Position numbers and translations under genes: made by a program. Below are positions 1 to 12,190 of a stretch of 64,000 bases of DNA, in pieces; the first letter of the stretch is position 1; the number at the start of each line of letters is the position of its first letter. The DNA is taken from the NCBI GenBank assembly GCA_977017645.1, contig OZ360220.1, positions 128,960,001 through 129,024,000 on the forward strand, in the 5' to 3' direction. A model generated the notes under the pieces. It saw only the letters and a list, made by a program, of their open reading frames with translations. It did not search any database and was not told where the DNA came from. This DNA is from Torpedo marmorata (lineage: Eukaryota).

Positions 1-1567
1 GTTAAGAAATCAAGACCAGAAGTCACAGCCTAAGGATAGGGGTTATGGCATTTAGAACCATGGTGAAAATTTTCTTCATTTAGAGCATGGCAAACCTGTG
101 ATATTTCCTGTCACACAAGGCATTGGAAGCGAAGTCATTAAAAATATATTTTTAAAGATATAAATCATTTGATTTCTTTAGCATTAAGAAATGAAAAGGT
201 GGGAACAGGATTCTAAAGTGCAAGATCAGCCACAATCATATTGAATGGTGGATCAAGCACGAGGGCTGAATTTCTACTTATTATCCCATTTCCTTTGTTT
301 CTGTGTATGGACTATGCACGTGCATATTCTACATTATTTTAATTTCAAACAAAAAAAATCTTGTGGAAAAAATAGCTACGCCAGCCACGTAATTATCCCT
401 GGTCAGGTCTGTTCCTCCAGCAACGAACCTGATGTCATAGCACTACTGAATGTCGTACCACTACCAAATGTCGTACCATGACCATAGCCTACACATTCAG
501 GAACTTTGATGTTGCTCAGGATAATAATGACACTGGCCACACGAAGATGATGACTGGTCCACATTCTTCTGGAAGGGTAATGTGGAACATTGTCTTCAGG
601 AAGTGGATGTCACCATCAAAAATGAACCAGTCTGACAACAAATAATTGCCTCCTGAGCATCCACTTTATTCTAAAGTAGAACCAACAAGCTGCAATTATC
701 AGCATATTGGCCTCAGCCCTGGAGACAACAGGAGGCCAAAAATGAATTCTAATCTGACCCTGAACATTCCCTGGAGAGAGTTCCATCTGCAGACAAACTC
801 CTTCCAACTTCAGTGCTAGAGTTGGAGAAAAAAAACTTCTAGAAAGGTGTAGGGAAAGTTAATTCAAACAAAATTCTCCTCCTGGCAAAGGGCTAGCCAC
901 AATCAACACCCTGTTTGGTTACACAAACAAGCACAAGATCTTAAGGAAAATTCAAACATTGTCAGTGCTGGATTACCTGCGAAGAGTCAGAAGGATGTCT
1001 GTATCACTCACATCATGACAGGTGCCAACTGCTGTACCGACCATCTCCTAATCCATTGTTATCTTTTTTAACCAAGCCAAAATATGGTGACAACAACAAA
1101 ACTCTGTTGCAGGAAAATCAATATTGAATGACCCAAAAACTCTGCAAAGAATGTTTGACTCAGTCAATCTCTCATAGACAGCTTTACAATTCCCAACCAG
1201 TAGGTGTTGCAGAATGCCCACACTGCCTAAATTAATATTTGTGATCAGACCCTTGGCTTCCTACCAGAAAACACTGACAGTTGAATGACCAGGAAATTCA
1301 GATCAGATACTATTTATTGTCATGTAATAAAACAGATAATATTACACAAAATTGCCTTTTTTCTGCCATAAGGCAGACAAGCAGGCCATGGCAGTCAGAG
1401 AAATAGAAGCAAAGTTGTGATCTTAATTAATCATAAATGCAAGGCATTCTTAGACTGGAAATGTCAAGTGTCAAAGTGGGGAGGGTAGATTGATCTACAG
1501 GAAATTTAAAGCTGAAGTTCAACTAAAAGAACAGATTGCGGGTTCTTTTAGTAACCAGCAACCAGCC

Positions 1568-3182
1568 AAAGACATTTTTTTACCTTTATTTGCCCCTGTG
1601 CTCCAGTTTTAAATCTGTAATCAAACAATTCACATGTGATTCAAGTGCACATTCCAGATTTTATTCAAGGTTATTTGTATACATTTTGGTTTGACCATAT
1701 AGAAATCACAGCACTTTTTATACATAGTTCCCCCATTTCAGGGCACCATAATGTTTGGGACATTTGGATTCACAGGCGTTTGTGATTACTCAGGTATGTT
1801 TAATTGCTTCATTGGTGCAGGTATAAGAGAGCTAAGCTTGCTTCTAAGCTTTTGATCACTTTTGGAGTCTGTAGTTGCCATTTTTCAACATGAGGACCAG
1901 AGTTGTGCCAATGAAAGTCAAAGAAGCCATTATGAGGCTGAAAAGCAAGAATAAAACCGTAAGAAGCATCACCCAAACCTTAGGATTACCAAAATCAACT
2001 GTTTGGAACATCATTAAGAAGAAAGAGCGTACTGGTGAGCTCAGTAATTGCAAAGGGACTGGTAGGCCAAGGAAGACCTCTACTGCTGATTACAGAAGAA
2101 TTCTCATCATAATGAAGAAAAATCCCCAAACACCTGTCCAACAGATCAGAAACACTCTTCAGGAAGCAGGTGTGGATGTGTCGATGACTACTGTTCGCAG
2201 AAGACTTCATGAACAGAAATACAGAGGCTACACTGCAAGATGCAAACCACTAGTTAGCCACAGAAACAGGATGGCCAGATTACAGTTTCCAAGAAGTATT
2301 TAAAAAGAGCCTGCAGGATTCTGGGAAAAGGTTTGTGGACAGATGAGACCAAGATTAACCTGTATCAGAGTGATGGCAAGAGCAAAGTGTGGAGGCGTAA
2401 AGGAACTGCCCAAGATCCAAAGCATATCACCTCATATGTGAAACATGGTGGTGGGGGTGTTATGGCCTGGGCATGTATGGCTGCCACAGGTACTGGCGCA
2501 CTTATCTTCATTGATAATGTAACTGCTGATGGCAGGAGAAAAATAAATTCTGAGGTATATAGAAACATCTTATCTGCTCAGGTTCGAGAAAATGCCTACA
2601 AACTCAATGGATGGCGCTTCATCCTACAGCAAGACAATGATCCTAAACATACTGCTAAAGCAACAAAGGAGTTTTTCAAAGCTAAAAACTGGAAAATTCT
2701 TGAATGGCCAAGTCAGTCACCCGATCTAAATCCAATTGAGCATGTCTTCCATTTGCTGAAGAGAAAACGTCAGGGGACAAGCCCCCGAAACAAGCAGGAG
2801 CTGAAGATGGCTGCAGTGGAGGCCTGGCAGAACAACTTCAGAGAAGATACTCAGCATCTGGTGATGTCTATGAATCACAGCCTTCAAGCAGCCATTGCAT
2901 GCAAGGGATATGCAACAAAGTACTAAACATGACTACTCTAATGTACATACCTTTGCTATGTCCCAAATATTATGGTGCCCTGAAATGAGAGGACTATGCA
3001 TAAAAAGTGCTGTAATTTCTACATGGTCAAACCAAAATTTACACAAATACGCTTTAATAAAATCTGGAATGTGCACTTTAATCACATGTGAATTTTTTTT
3101 ATTACAAATTTAAAACAGTGCTGCACAGGGGCAAATAAAGGAAAAAAATGTATCTTTCTCCCAAACATTATGGAGGGCACTG
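1568..3182 (+). mobile_element. Tc1/mariner DNA transposon (IR/DR type), degraded
   Basis: ~200-bp inverted repeats (~1568-1762 vs ~2959-3182). Right end ...CATTATGGAGGGCACTG followed by TA; outer ~24 bp of the left TIR missing. Confidence 0.9.
1890..2926 (+). pseudogene. Tc1 DD34E transposase, frameshifted near 2290-2335
   Basis: HTH region and GRPRKT motif in ORF 1875-2303; WTDETK, QQDNDPKH and SPDLNPIE in ORF 2333-2926; 34 residues between second D and E. Confidence 0.9.
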
Positions 3183-3749
3183 TATATGGATAGTTAGTGG
3201 CCACTGGAATGAGCAACCTGAAGATCTTCTCTATTACCACTGCCCTTGATCTAAGTGCTCAATTCCACAACACACCACCTGCCACAATTTTGGCACACAA
3301 GAGACTGAAAAAGCAAGCTAATGGTTAAAAAAAAATAACAAGACCTCCAGATCTGATAAAATCCCTGCTCAAGAAACAAGGCTGAGAAATACTACTCGTA
3401 CACATTCATAACTGTAGCACTCTCTTCTGGGAAGGAGGGCATACACTGCGTACCTTGGATGCTGTAATCATTTCCATCTTCAAAATAAAAAGGAGACAAA
3501 TCGATTATGGTAATTAATAACAGGGTCTCCATGCTAATGCCACATATAAAGTCAATGGTGGAATCATCTTCAACTGCCTCTTTCCAGAAGCCAAAGTGCT
3601 TGGACACATCTTCACCATGTGACAATTCCAAAAGGAAAAGAGCAGTACCAACAACTATTATGTATAAATTTGGTCTTATTATCCTAAAATGGATTATTAT
3701 TGCCACAGAGAGAGTGTAATAAATTGGCTTGTGGGATGGTAGGTTTAAT

Positions 3750-4170
3750 ATACGAGGTGAGATTGAGTAGCTAGGCCTGTGTTCTCTAGAGGTTGGAAGA
3801 GTGAAAAGTTATCTCATTAATACTTACAAAATTCTTTCAGGTTTTAACAAGGTGAATGTAGGAACTTTGTTTCCCCATCTACAACCAGGGGTCAGTGTCC
3901 CAAAGTAAAGGTCAAGGCCATTTAAGACCAAAATAAATAGGATTTGCTTCATTGAGGGGGTGGTAAATCTGTGGAATTCTTTACCCCAGAGGACTGTGGA
4001 GACTCAGTTGGTGAGGTTATTCAGGGCAGAGATCAACAGATTTCTGGATGTTGGGGAGTCAAGGAATTTGCAGATGGAGCAGGAGGGTGGGACAAAGGCA
4101 GCGTCAACAATAGTGGCAATGATAGTGAAGAGGACTCAAGGGGCCATGCGGATCCTAATTCCAATGTGCA
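3750..4170 (+). mobile_element. CR1 LINE 3' remnant
   Basis: Degenerate VVNLWNSLPQ...FRAEINRFL motif, as in the other CR1 copies. Confidence 0.6.
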
Positions 4171-5641
4171 TCTAAAACAGGGCCCTTTTTGGATTAAAAC
4201 ACTGCATAATGTTTTAGCATTCTACAAAATATAAAAATTAGAAGGAAAAATACATTTAAATTTGAGACATTTCAACAAATTATTTTCTTGACTGTACATC
4301 TGTCATCATTTTAAAATTACAGAATCCAACCTGCTACAGTTGTTAAACTTGCCTTGCACTTAATGCAGGGAAAACTAAGAAAATGTACTGTACATCTTAT
4401 AATGGCTTAAAGTACAAATTGGGAGTGACATCCTTATAATAAAAATTCAATTTTAATAAGGATTATAAACAAGAAATATAAACCAAATGCAATGAACATG
4501 GCTTTTTAAAGTCACAACAATACACTTTAATGAAAAAAGGAACTCGACAAAACAAAATCCTTTTCTTTGGAGTGTGACCATCATCAAATAAAAAGATCCA
4601 CTACAATGTTTATAATTTTTCTCTCAAATATTCTACAAGAAACCAATTTGTTTGACCATGCTTTTATACATCTCCTTACTGTACAATTGCTCACAGGAGA
4701 TTAGAGTTGGTCTCGCCTTAAATGTAAAACTCTGATAACAACATAGTACCACAATAGTTTCAAATAGTGTACATTCTCAAAATAATGTCAATTATCTTTC
4801 CACATCGAAGTTATCAACATTATCTGTTTCCTTTCATGTGGATTGATAATTTTTAAGAAATTGCTAATGTATTATGCAGCCTCCTGCTTTTTTCAAATGT
4901 GCATCACCTAATTTTGTGAAACTTCAGCAACCACTCCCTACCCCCACCACCATTAACTTTGACAGGAATGGCTGAAAATTACTGTTAATAATCCAAATCC
5001 ACACAACCCAACACAAACTAAATATCAATTCTCAGCTTGATGATATATTGTTTCAAAGGTAGTCAAATAAGAGGCAGTAGTCAATTTTCTAAGAGAAACC
5101 CAACTTGAGGGGCACAGTGTTCAAGGAATGTCTCATAATCACTGGATGACAGCTTGAGTAACTTGATGAGGGTTCTTTAGCAATTCTACCCAAATCTGCG
5201 ATCTTCACCACCTAGTACAAGGATACTTTTATCAACACTTTCTAGTCAAGCATGCTGTCTTTGATATTTCAGCCAAACCTTCACCATGTGAATAGCACCT
5301 GTACAAATAGTAGGCCCATTACCATTCTCCAAACAGTGAACACTTGCTGTGCTTGCAAATAATGTTCACACCCCATGGATTAAAGAAAAAGAGTTTACCC
5401 ATCTGATCTCTGGAAGCCAAAACAAGGCCGAAAATAAAACTTTAGCCCAGAAAGAAGAATCGTAGAATATTCCAATAAAAGTACTCTCCAATTTAATGGT
5501 GCATCCTTTTTAGGTTTGAATGTAATAATAATTTTAATTACCGTAATATAAATAATTTAATTTCATGAATAATGCATAATACATTCAAATGAGGAGATAA
5601 TCTAAATGAAACTCTTTGCAAATTAAAGGTAAACTTTATTT

Positions 5642-7364
5642 GGGCTATTTTGTTTGTGTGAGGGAAGAGCCGCGGTTTGTCAAAGGAAGGACAGGCGGTC
5701 CCGGGCGGAGAGTAGCAGCAATGAATCATGGTTCGTGTCCTTTAGACTGTAAGGTATATGTTGGAAATCTTGGAAATAATGGGAACAAGACTGAACTGGA
5801 GAGAACATTTGGATATTATGGCCCACTTTGCAGTGTCTGGGTTGCCCGAAACCCACCAGGCTTTGCTTTTATTGAATTTGAAGATCCTCGTGATGCATCG
5901 GATGCTGTCAGAGAGCTCAATGGAAGGAATCTTTGTGGCTGCCGTGTTCGTGTAGAGCTTTCTAATGGTGAGAGACGCATTCGTAATCGTGGCCCGCCTC
6001 CAGCATGGGCCAGGCGTTCTCGTGAGGGTTATCGCCGCAGAAGCCCCCCAGTCCGGCGCAGATCACCATCTCGCCGAAGGAGCTTCAGCAGAAGTCGGAG
6101 CAGGTCCCTCTCAAGGGATCGTAGAAGAGAGAGGTCCCTGTCTAGGGAGAGGAAACATAAGCAATCTCGCTCATTCTCCAGGTCTCGCAGCCGGTCCAGG
6201 TCAAATGGTAGAAAGTGAATCTGAAGCATAGTGGCCTTTGAAGATCCATGTACAGACTGCTGGAGTTATGGATGTGATTCGCATTTGTTTAATAGACTCG
6301 AGACGTAGTTGAAGCATTTTTTACCCTATTTTAGCTGTTCATTGTTTTTCTTTTCATGTACTCTATAATGTAACCAGTGATCAGATTTTCAGATGCAGAA
6401 ATTCAGGCTCGTGAATTGTAGGCAGAGTTGAAATTTTTATAAAGGTGGGATTGTATTTTGGGCAGATTTCTGACTTCAAGGGTTAACTTTTGTCTCTTGC
6501 TGGAATTGCTCAGCTTGTCCATCTCCAATTGATGAAAATTTCTTCCCCTCTCCTCTGTCACCCTCCCACAAGCAGGTCTGACCTGCAGTGGCTTTTCATT
6601 TGGTTATTATCAGATAACCATTCCAAGCCTTGAGGGCTTTTTAACATTATAGCTTACCTGTGCCATGCTATCTGTGGGTTAACTGCTGTGATTTTTGTAT
6701 TAGTTTTCATGTTTCCTAAGATACATGCAAGAGGTATGTAAACTGTAGTGTTACTGTTTGTAAATCCTGCATTTGTTAGTTTGTAGTAGTTCTTTTGTGT
6801 AGTGATTTGGGACATTGCTTGGAGGTGAATAGGTGTAGTATGGGTGCACTGGAAAACATTTGCAATATTCCAGTATGTATTTGGCGAAGTGTTCCTTGAA
6901 ATTCAACAGAAAATAAGTACATTACAAATAGTCCTGCAGGCTTCTAAAATAATTTGTGATGTAGGTCTTTGAAAGGATAAATTTAAATCTAGAAAATAAC
7001 ATTTCCTGCTATTGATGTATTCACTTTTCCTGCATGAATTTCATAGATACTGGCTACTGTATGAGGGGAGAAGAGTGTAGTATTTTGTGATACTGGGCAG
7101 TTCTTCACCTGATTATTTGTGAGATGAGCTGGTGTCCAAAGATTGAAAAAAACTGCAGTTTCCCATGTTGAAAATGCTGGTGCTTAATGCTTGTCAATGA
7201 CTGCATTGTAAATATACACGGCCCCGATGTGTACTTTGCCCATTGGAGATATTAAGAATTGGAGCAATACAGTTCTCCTTTGTGATCCTGATCCTGCCAT
7301 TAAACTGCACCATTTGTATGCTGTTTTGTGACCTTTGAAAATAAACTTTGGTTACACAAAAAAA
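5642..7364 (+). other. SRSF3: Processed retrocopy of SRSF3 mRNA (5'UTR, CDS, ~1.1-kb 3'UTR, residual poly-A)
   Basis: No introns; AATAAA 7340-7345; A-run 7358-7364; TSD GGTAAACTTTATTT at 5628-5641 and 7366-7379; left flank TT|AAAG resembles an L1 endonuclease site. Confidence 0.92.
5721..6218 (+). CDS. SRSF3: SRSF3 (SRp20)-like retrogene ORF, 165 aa, intact RRM + RS domain; expression unknown
   Basis: [28 protein letters not shown]...[17 protein letters not shown]...[12 protein letters not shown] is colinear with vertebrate SRSF3; ATG in context GCAATGA; no stops or frameshifts. Confidence 0.85.
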   Translation: MNHGSCPLDCKVYVGNLGNNGNKTELERTFGYYGPLCSVWVARNPPGFAFIEFEDPRDASDAVRELNGRNLCGCRVRVELSNGERRIRNRGPPPAWARRSREGYRRRSPPVRRRSPSRRRSFSRSRSRSLSRDRRRERSLSRERKHKQSRSFSRSRSRSRSNGRK

Positions 7365-7372
7365 GGGTAAAC

Positions 7373-7378
7373 TTTATT
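7373..7378 (-). terminator. Probable ENDOG proximal poly(A) signal AATAAA; duplicate at 5635-5640
   Basis: AATAAA on the minus strand ~100 nt after the ENDOG stop, inside the retrocopy TSD. Confidence 0.6.
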
Positions 7379-7474
7379 TATTCAAATCATAAAATGAAGG
7401 GATACAATTCATTCAGGAAAAATCTTTATCCTTTGATAATTTCTTACCTCAGTCACTTCCCAATGTGCCATTTA

Positions 7475-7754
7475 TTAACTACTGGCATTTATGGCTTTCA
7501 GATTATTAGTCCTTTTCAGAATGTTGCTGACAAACAGAAGGCCAGATGCTCGCTCGATGCTTTCAATTGGAACCAGGAAACTTTCTAGGAGAATATTCTC
7601 CAAAACTGGCAGATTTGGCATCACATATGACCGTAGTTCAATTTCTCCACTGTGCTTCTCCAGTATCACTACTTTAAAGATGTGTGTTGGAACTGCAACA
7701 TTATTCTTCCCGATGACCTGATACTTCACGTACATTTTTCCATCCGATTCCCTC
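7475..7754 (-). CDS. ENDOG: Endonuclease G, exon 3 (last coding exon)
   Basis: ttgatcag|G acceptor; RESDGKMYVKYQVIGKNNVAVPTHIFKVVILE...PIESIERASGLLF...; TAA stop. Confidence 0.95.
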
Positions 7755-7819
7755 CTGATCAAAACATAAGCAAACAACTCCATTTTTAAATAACATGGAT
7801 TTACATGACTGGTTCATTG

Positions 7820-8110
7820 CCTCAGGAAGTCCCAAAGCACTTCAAAAGTACAGTACATTCTCTGTTGTAATGCAAAAATCGCTGCAACTAATCTACACCT
7901 AAGGTTTCACATGCAACCAGTTATTTTAATTTAATTTTGTTATATTTGGGATAAATATTGGCCAGTGCAAATTCCCTTGATCTTGTGACATGGGAGCATT
8001 TACTCCCCTTTAATATGACAGACTGTGCCTTGATTGAGTGTCTCAGCCAACAGAGAACACTACAGCAGAGCAGTATTATCTCAATCGACAAGGAAACTCA
8101 ACTTAGTCAC
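7820..8110 (-). mobile_element. Deu-domain SINE (SacSINE1-like) remnant
   Basis: Resembles the copies at ~32030-32370 and ~36110-36440 (tcccaaagcactt...aaatattggcca); degraded. Confidence 0.45.
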
Positions 8111-8747
8111 AGAGTTGTAGCACAGCCATTCTCAACCTTTTTTTCGGCTATGGCCTCCCTAAGACTCTGCTCAAAGTTTATGGGCTCCCTTCCCTGTGAA
8201 GCAGTCAAGTTTTCATTTCTTCCGTACTTCTCTCCTGCTGACTACATAAAAAAAACATTTAAAATATTTGTTACGCGAGGTGAAAAGAAAACAAGGCTTT
8301 TACTTAAATGTGCTTCAGCCCAGAGTGTTTAAGGAGTTAATGAACTTGGGGGAGCTGTTCTTCATGACATTATACAAATCTCTTTCACTATACCTGATGA
8401 GCATTTTTTTTTTAAGTGGGCAGAGTGTAAAGTTGCTCATTTCCCATTTTCTGCTACATCTTGAAGTTGGTGTTTGACACCCAGGAGGTGACCAGCTCCC
8501 AGACTCCATGAAGATTGCAAGGCCTCACCTCCCCATATCCCACACTCATTCCTGAACTTCTCCCAGAGCACAAGCTGTAGAATTCAAGAGGAGAGTAGTA
8601 CAGAGTTTGGTGGCATAGTACTTCTATTCTTGTCACACCTATCCCCTTTCTCCCTCTCTTCCTCAAGGTGTTCATTCATTTCTTTACATCACTTAACCAT
8701 AGATAGCAGCCTCTTCTTAATTTACCCATGTTAATCTCAATAATCTA

Positions 8748-8812
8748 CATCTACAAGGCTACTTGGTGAACAAAAATACCCATCTACAAGGCTACTTGGT
8801 GAACAAAAATAC
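8748..8812. repeat. Perfect tandem duplication of 32 nt (period 33)
   Basis: CATCTACAAGGCTACTTGGTGAACAAAAATAC at 8748-8779 and 8781-8812. Confidence 0.9.
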
Positions 8813-9100
8813 TGCAGCAGTGTCTATCCTCATAATAATCCCCACCAAGTTAGCAGAAAGGTTTACTGGAAAGTAATAAGAAGCAGGGAACCTTCCCCAG
8901 GCTGTGGAGTAATATGTTGCTGTGTCTGTAATCAACTAATACCAACTGGCTACTTGCTATGGGGTCTCCCTCCAAGGTTTTACTTTTGCCTCCAAGATGT
9001 CAAAAGTTACTTTTTTGTTTTTAAATGGCTTAGAGTATACTGGGTTTAATAAAGGATCACCTGCTGTCCTAAGCAACCAATGGAGGGGCGGAAGTCATAC

Positions 9101-9210
9101 CTAGGCAGATAAAGGGGTCCAGTGCAAACATACACATTTTTGTTGTACTTGGTCAGGCTCCGACAGTACCTCTCCAGGTTGTTCCAGGCATTCTTATTCA
9201 AATCAGGATT
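9101..9210 (-). CDS. ENDOG: Endonuclease G, exon 2 (110 nt)
   Basis: ctttag|AATCCT...CCTAG|gtatg; NPDLNKNAWNNLERYCRSLTKYNKNVYVCTGPLYLPR; phases fit exons 1 and 3. Confidence 0.95.
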
Positions 9211-10227
9211 CTAAAGCGAAGAAATGAAGTGGATACAAGTAAAACTAGCATATAAAAATATGAGAGACAGTAAAATGTGTTTTTATGTGGGTTTCATTAT
9301 TCAATCTGACAACATGGTCACAAGCAGTTAGTTTTATTTCTCCACATCAAGTTAATATACATCAGTATTAAAACAATAGTCACCAAAATGAAAATAAATA
9401 CTATTGCTGGTCAGAGTGCACATATGCTACCTCTGTACGATGAACGTATCCATGTTGAATCCAGCTGGGATTCATTTCTTTCCCTCATGAAGAAAGATTA
9501 TGCTCCAGACTACATTGATGTTCACTTCAAAGGCTGCTATGATAAATACCGTAGCTGTGATTTTACCATAAATTTACCGGTAGCTATTTCAGAATGAATA
9601 AAACCATGCTTTCCCACAAAGCCATCAGATTTCTGTGACCACATTGTATCCATAATTACTTATATTTTATTACAACGCTGTGTTTTATACTACAGGGTAT
9701 ATTATTCCTCTGTAACAATTGGAGAACTTGATAAACATAGCACATTTAGGAGAAACTGGTGATACTGAACCCTGTCAATCAGGATTTTTAAAATCTATGC
9801 TCTGTTGCAGATAGAGACCAATCGATATGATCATTTTACAACTCCACTAGCATTGCATCATATGACCAATATGATGGATGTTAGCTGGATGTTGTTCTTT
9901 TGTATTAACAATGACCTGATTCAAGTGTAAACGCAAGAGCAATTAAAATTATTTGAATTGCTACCAAGATGTCAATTTGCCCACTGCAGTCTTTCACAAT
10001 GCCGAAAGAAAGCTAAACAGAGGGGTGATCTGATAATAAAATAAACAAGATAGAAGGCAGAGAAGGAGCAGGAAAAAATACATTGCCAAGTAAAAATAAG
10101 GGAAATCCCAAGCTATTTTATAACTGTATAGAGAGAAGGATAGGTTAAAGACAACCGGAATATAGAGAAAATAATCATTTGCATAAAGGGGATGTAGACA
10201 TTGGCATATGGATATTGTGGAGGAAAG

Positions 10228-10735
10228 GATAGGTGCCATAAGACTCGTACCACCAGGTTCAGGAACAGTTGCTGCCCTTCCACCATCAGAGCCCTAAACA
10301 ACAGACTCAGTCAGAGACTCATTTAACGACTCTTACTTTGCACATTAGTTATTACTGAATACAGTAAAATCCCTGGTATCCGGCACCTACAGAGATTGGT
10401 AGATGCCGGATAAGTGAATTTCACAGTTGCTTAGGACTGCGTGCTGCTTGAATGGAGAACTAATGGAGAGGTGCACCAATTTTAAACTTCTGTATTTTTT
10501 ACCCATTTATTTTCCATGATTTTTTTTGCCAGTTGCTTGAATTCCAGATAACAGGGATTTTATTGTATTTATTTTTTATTCTGTATTGCACAGTTTGTTT
10601 TCGTTTCTCTCTTTTATATATGTATATTTTTCTTGAGTACAGTAAGTAGAAATTCTGTCTGGCCCACAGGAAAAAGAATCTCAGGGTTGTATGTGATGTC
10701 ATGTATGTACTCTGGCAATAAATCTGAACTTTGAG
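10228..10735 (+). mobile_element. Rex1/Babar LINE 3' end fragment
   Basis: Matches 16436-16762 (cgcaccaccaggtt...ggaaaaagaatctcagggttgtatgtga...aataaatctga); interrupted by a MITE. Confidence 0.8.
10362..10565. mobile_element. Tigger/pogo-like MITE nested in the Rex1 fragment
   Basis: TIRs CAGTAAAATCCCTG / CAGGGATTTTATTG, TA on both sides. Confidence 0.75.
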
Positions 10736-10815
10736 AAAGTAGGTGAAATATTGTATTATGGTTAAAAGAAAGAGACAGAGACCAAATAGATAAAATGCAT
10801 ATTAAAGGAAGCAAC

Positions 10816-11502
10816 ATAAGAAATTAGGAACAGGAGTAGGCCAACCGGCCCATTGAGCCTGCTCCGCCATTCAATAAGATCATGGCTGATCTGATCAATG
10901 ACCTAACTCCACCTACCTGCCCTTTCCCCATATCCCCTAATTCCTTTTTTATGTAAAAATCTATCCAACTGAACCTTAAATATGTTCAATGAAGCAGCCT
11001 CAACCGCTTCCCTGGGTAGAGAATTCCACAAATTCAGCACTCTCTGGGAAAAACTGTTTTTACTCATCTCTGTCCTAAATCTACTCCCCCGAATCTTGAG
11101 GCTGTGTCCCCTAGTTTTGGTCTCACCTGCCAGTGAAAAAAATCTTCCTACCTCTATCCTATCCATCCCCTTCATAATTCTATATGTTTCTATAAGATCT
11201 CCTCTCATTCTTCTGAACTCAAGCGAGTATAATCCCAGACGATTTAATCTTTCATCATGTCAACCCCTTCATCTCAGGGATCAACTTAGTAAACCTCCTC
11301 TAGACTGCCTCCAAGGCCAGTATATCCTTCCTCAAATATGGAGACCAGAACTGCACACAGTACTCCAGGTGCGGTCTCACCAGTACCTTGTACAGTTGCA
11401 ACATTACCTCCCTGCTCCTGAATTCAATTCCTCTAGCGATGAAGGCCAACATTCCATTTGCCTTCTTAATAACCTGCTGCACCTGCAACCCAACTTTTTG
11501 CG
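10816..11502 (-). mobile_element. CR1 LINE 3' fragment
   Basis: KKANGMLAFIARG...LVRPHLEYCVQFWSP and RGDLIETYRIMKG...LWNSLP; CR1-type 3' tail. Confidence 0.9.
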
Positions 11503-11629
11503 ATGAAGGATTTGAACATAGTTTTCCTATCCTCTTTGGTTTCAAGACTGGGAGACTCCTAATATATTACCAATGTTTAAAAAGCAAGAAAGAGACAGAC
11601 TAATAACTACAGTATGAGATTGCACAGGC

Positions 11630-12190
11630 CTGTTTTATAGAACAAAAGAGGCTAAAGAGTGACCTTAAGAGGTTTATAAAATTATGAGAGGTATCAATAG
11701 GGTAGATATTCACAGTATCTTTCCTCAGAATAGGGGAGTCTAGAACTAGAGGCCACAGGCTTAAGGTGAAAGGGGAAAGATTTAAAAGGCATTCGAGGGG
11801 CAAATTTATCCAGAGGGTGGTGGGTAGATGGAACAAGCTGCTAGAGGACATGGTAGAGGCAGGTATACAATGTTTAAAAAGAATTTGAACAGATGCATGA
11901 TGGATAGGAAAGGTTTAGAGCAGTGGTTCTCAACCTCTTTCTTTCCACTCACATACCACCTTAAGTAATCCCTTACTAACCACAGAGCACCTATGGCATA
12001 GGATGCTACAGGTGCTCTGTGGTTAGTAAAGGATTACTTAAGGTGGTATGTGAGTGGAAAGAAAAAGGTTGAGGACCACTGGTTTAGAGGAATATGGGCC
12101 AAATGCAGGCAAATGGAATTAACTTAGATAGGCGGTTTAGTTGGCATTGACAAATAGGGCTGAAGGGCCCATTTCCACACGGTATAACTC
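11630..12190 (+). mobile_element. CR1 LINE 3' fragment (host of the hAT MITE)
   Basis: gagtctagaactagaggccacagg...tggaacaagctgc...gggccaaatgcaggcaaatgg, typical CR1 end. Confidence 0.7.
11921..12081. mobile_element. Palindromic hAT (Charlie-like) MITE, 161 bp
   Basis: TIR CAGTGGTTCTCAACC; 8-bp TSD GTTTAGAG (11913-11920, 12082-12089); the two arms are near-perfect inverted repeats. Confidence 0.9.

Noticed and set aside
1-5600. Search for exons of SPOUT1, the gene next to ENDOG in human
   Set aside because: No recognisable coding exon found by eye; not called.
5616-5720. 35-aa N-terminal extension of SRSF3 in the ORF track
   Set aside because: Starts at TTG outside the retrocopy and crosses the TSD; the homologous start is ATG 5721.
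8123-8400. hAT-like end CAGCCATTCTCAACC
   Set aside because: No matching second TIR or TSD found, so boundaries cannot be supported.
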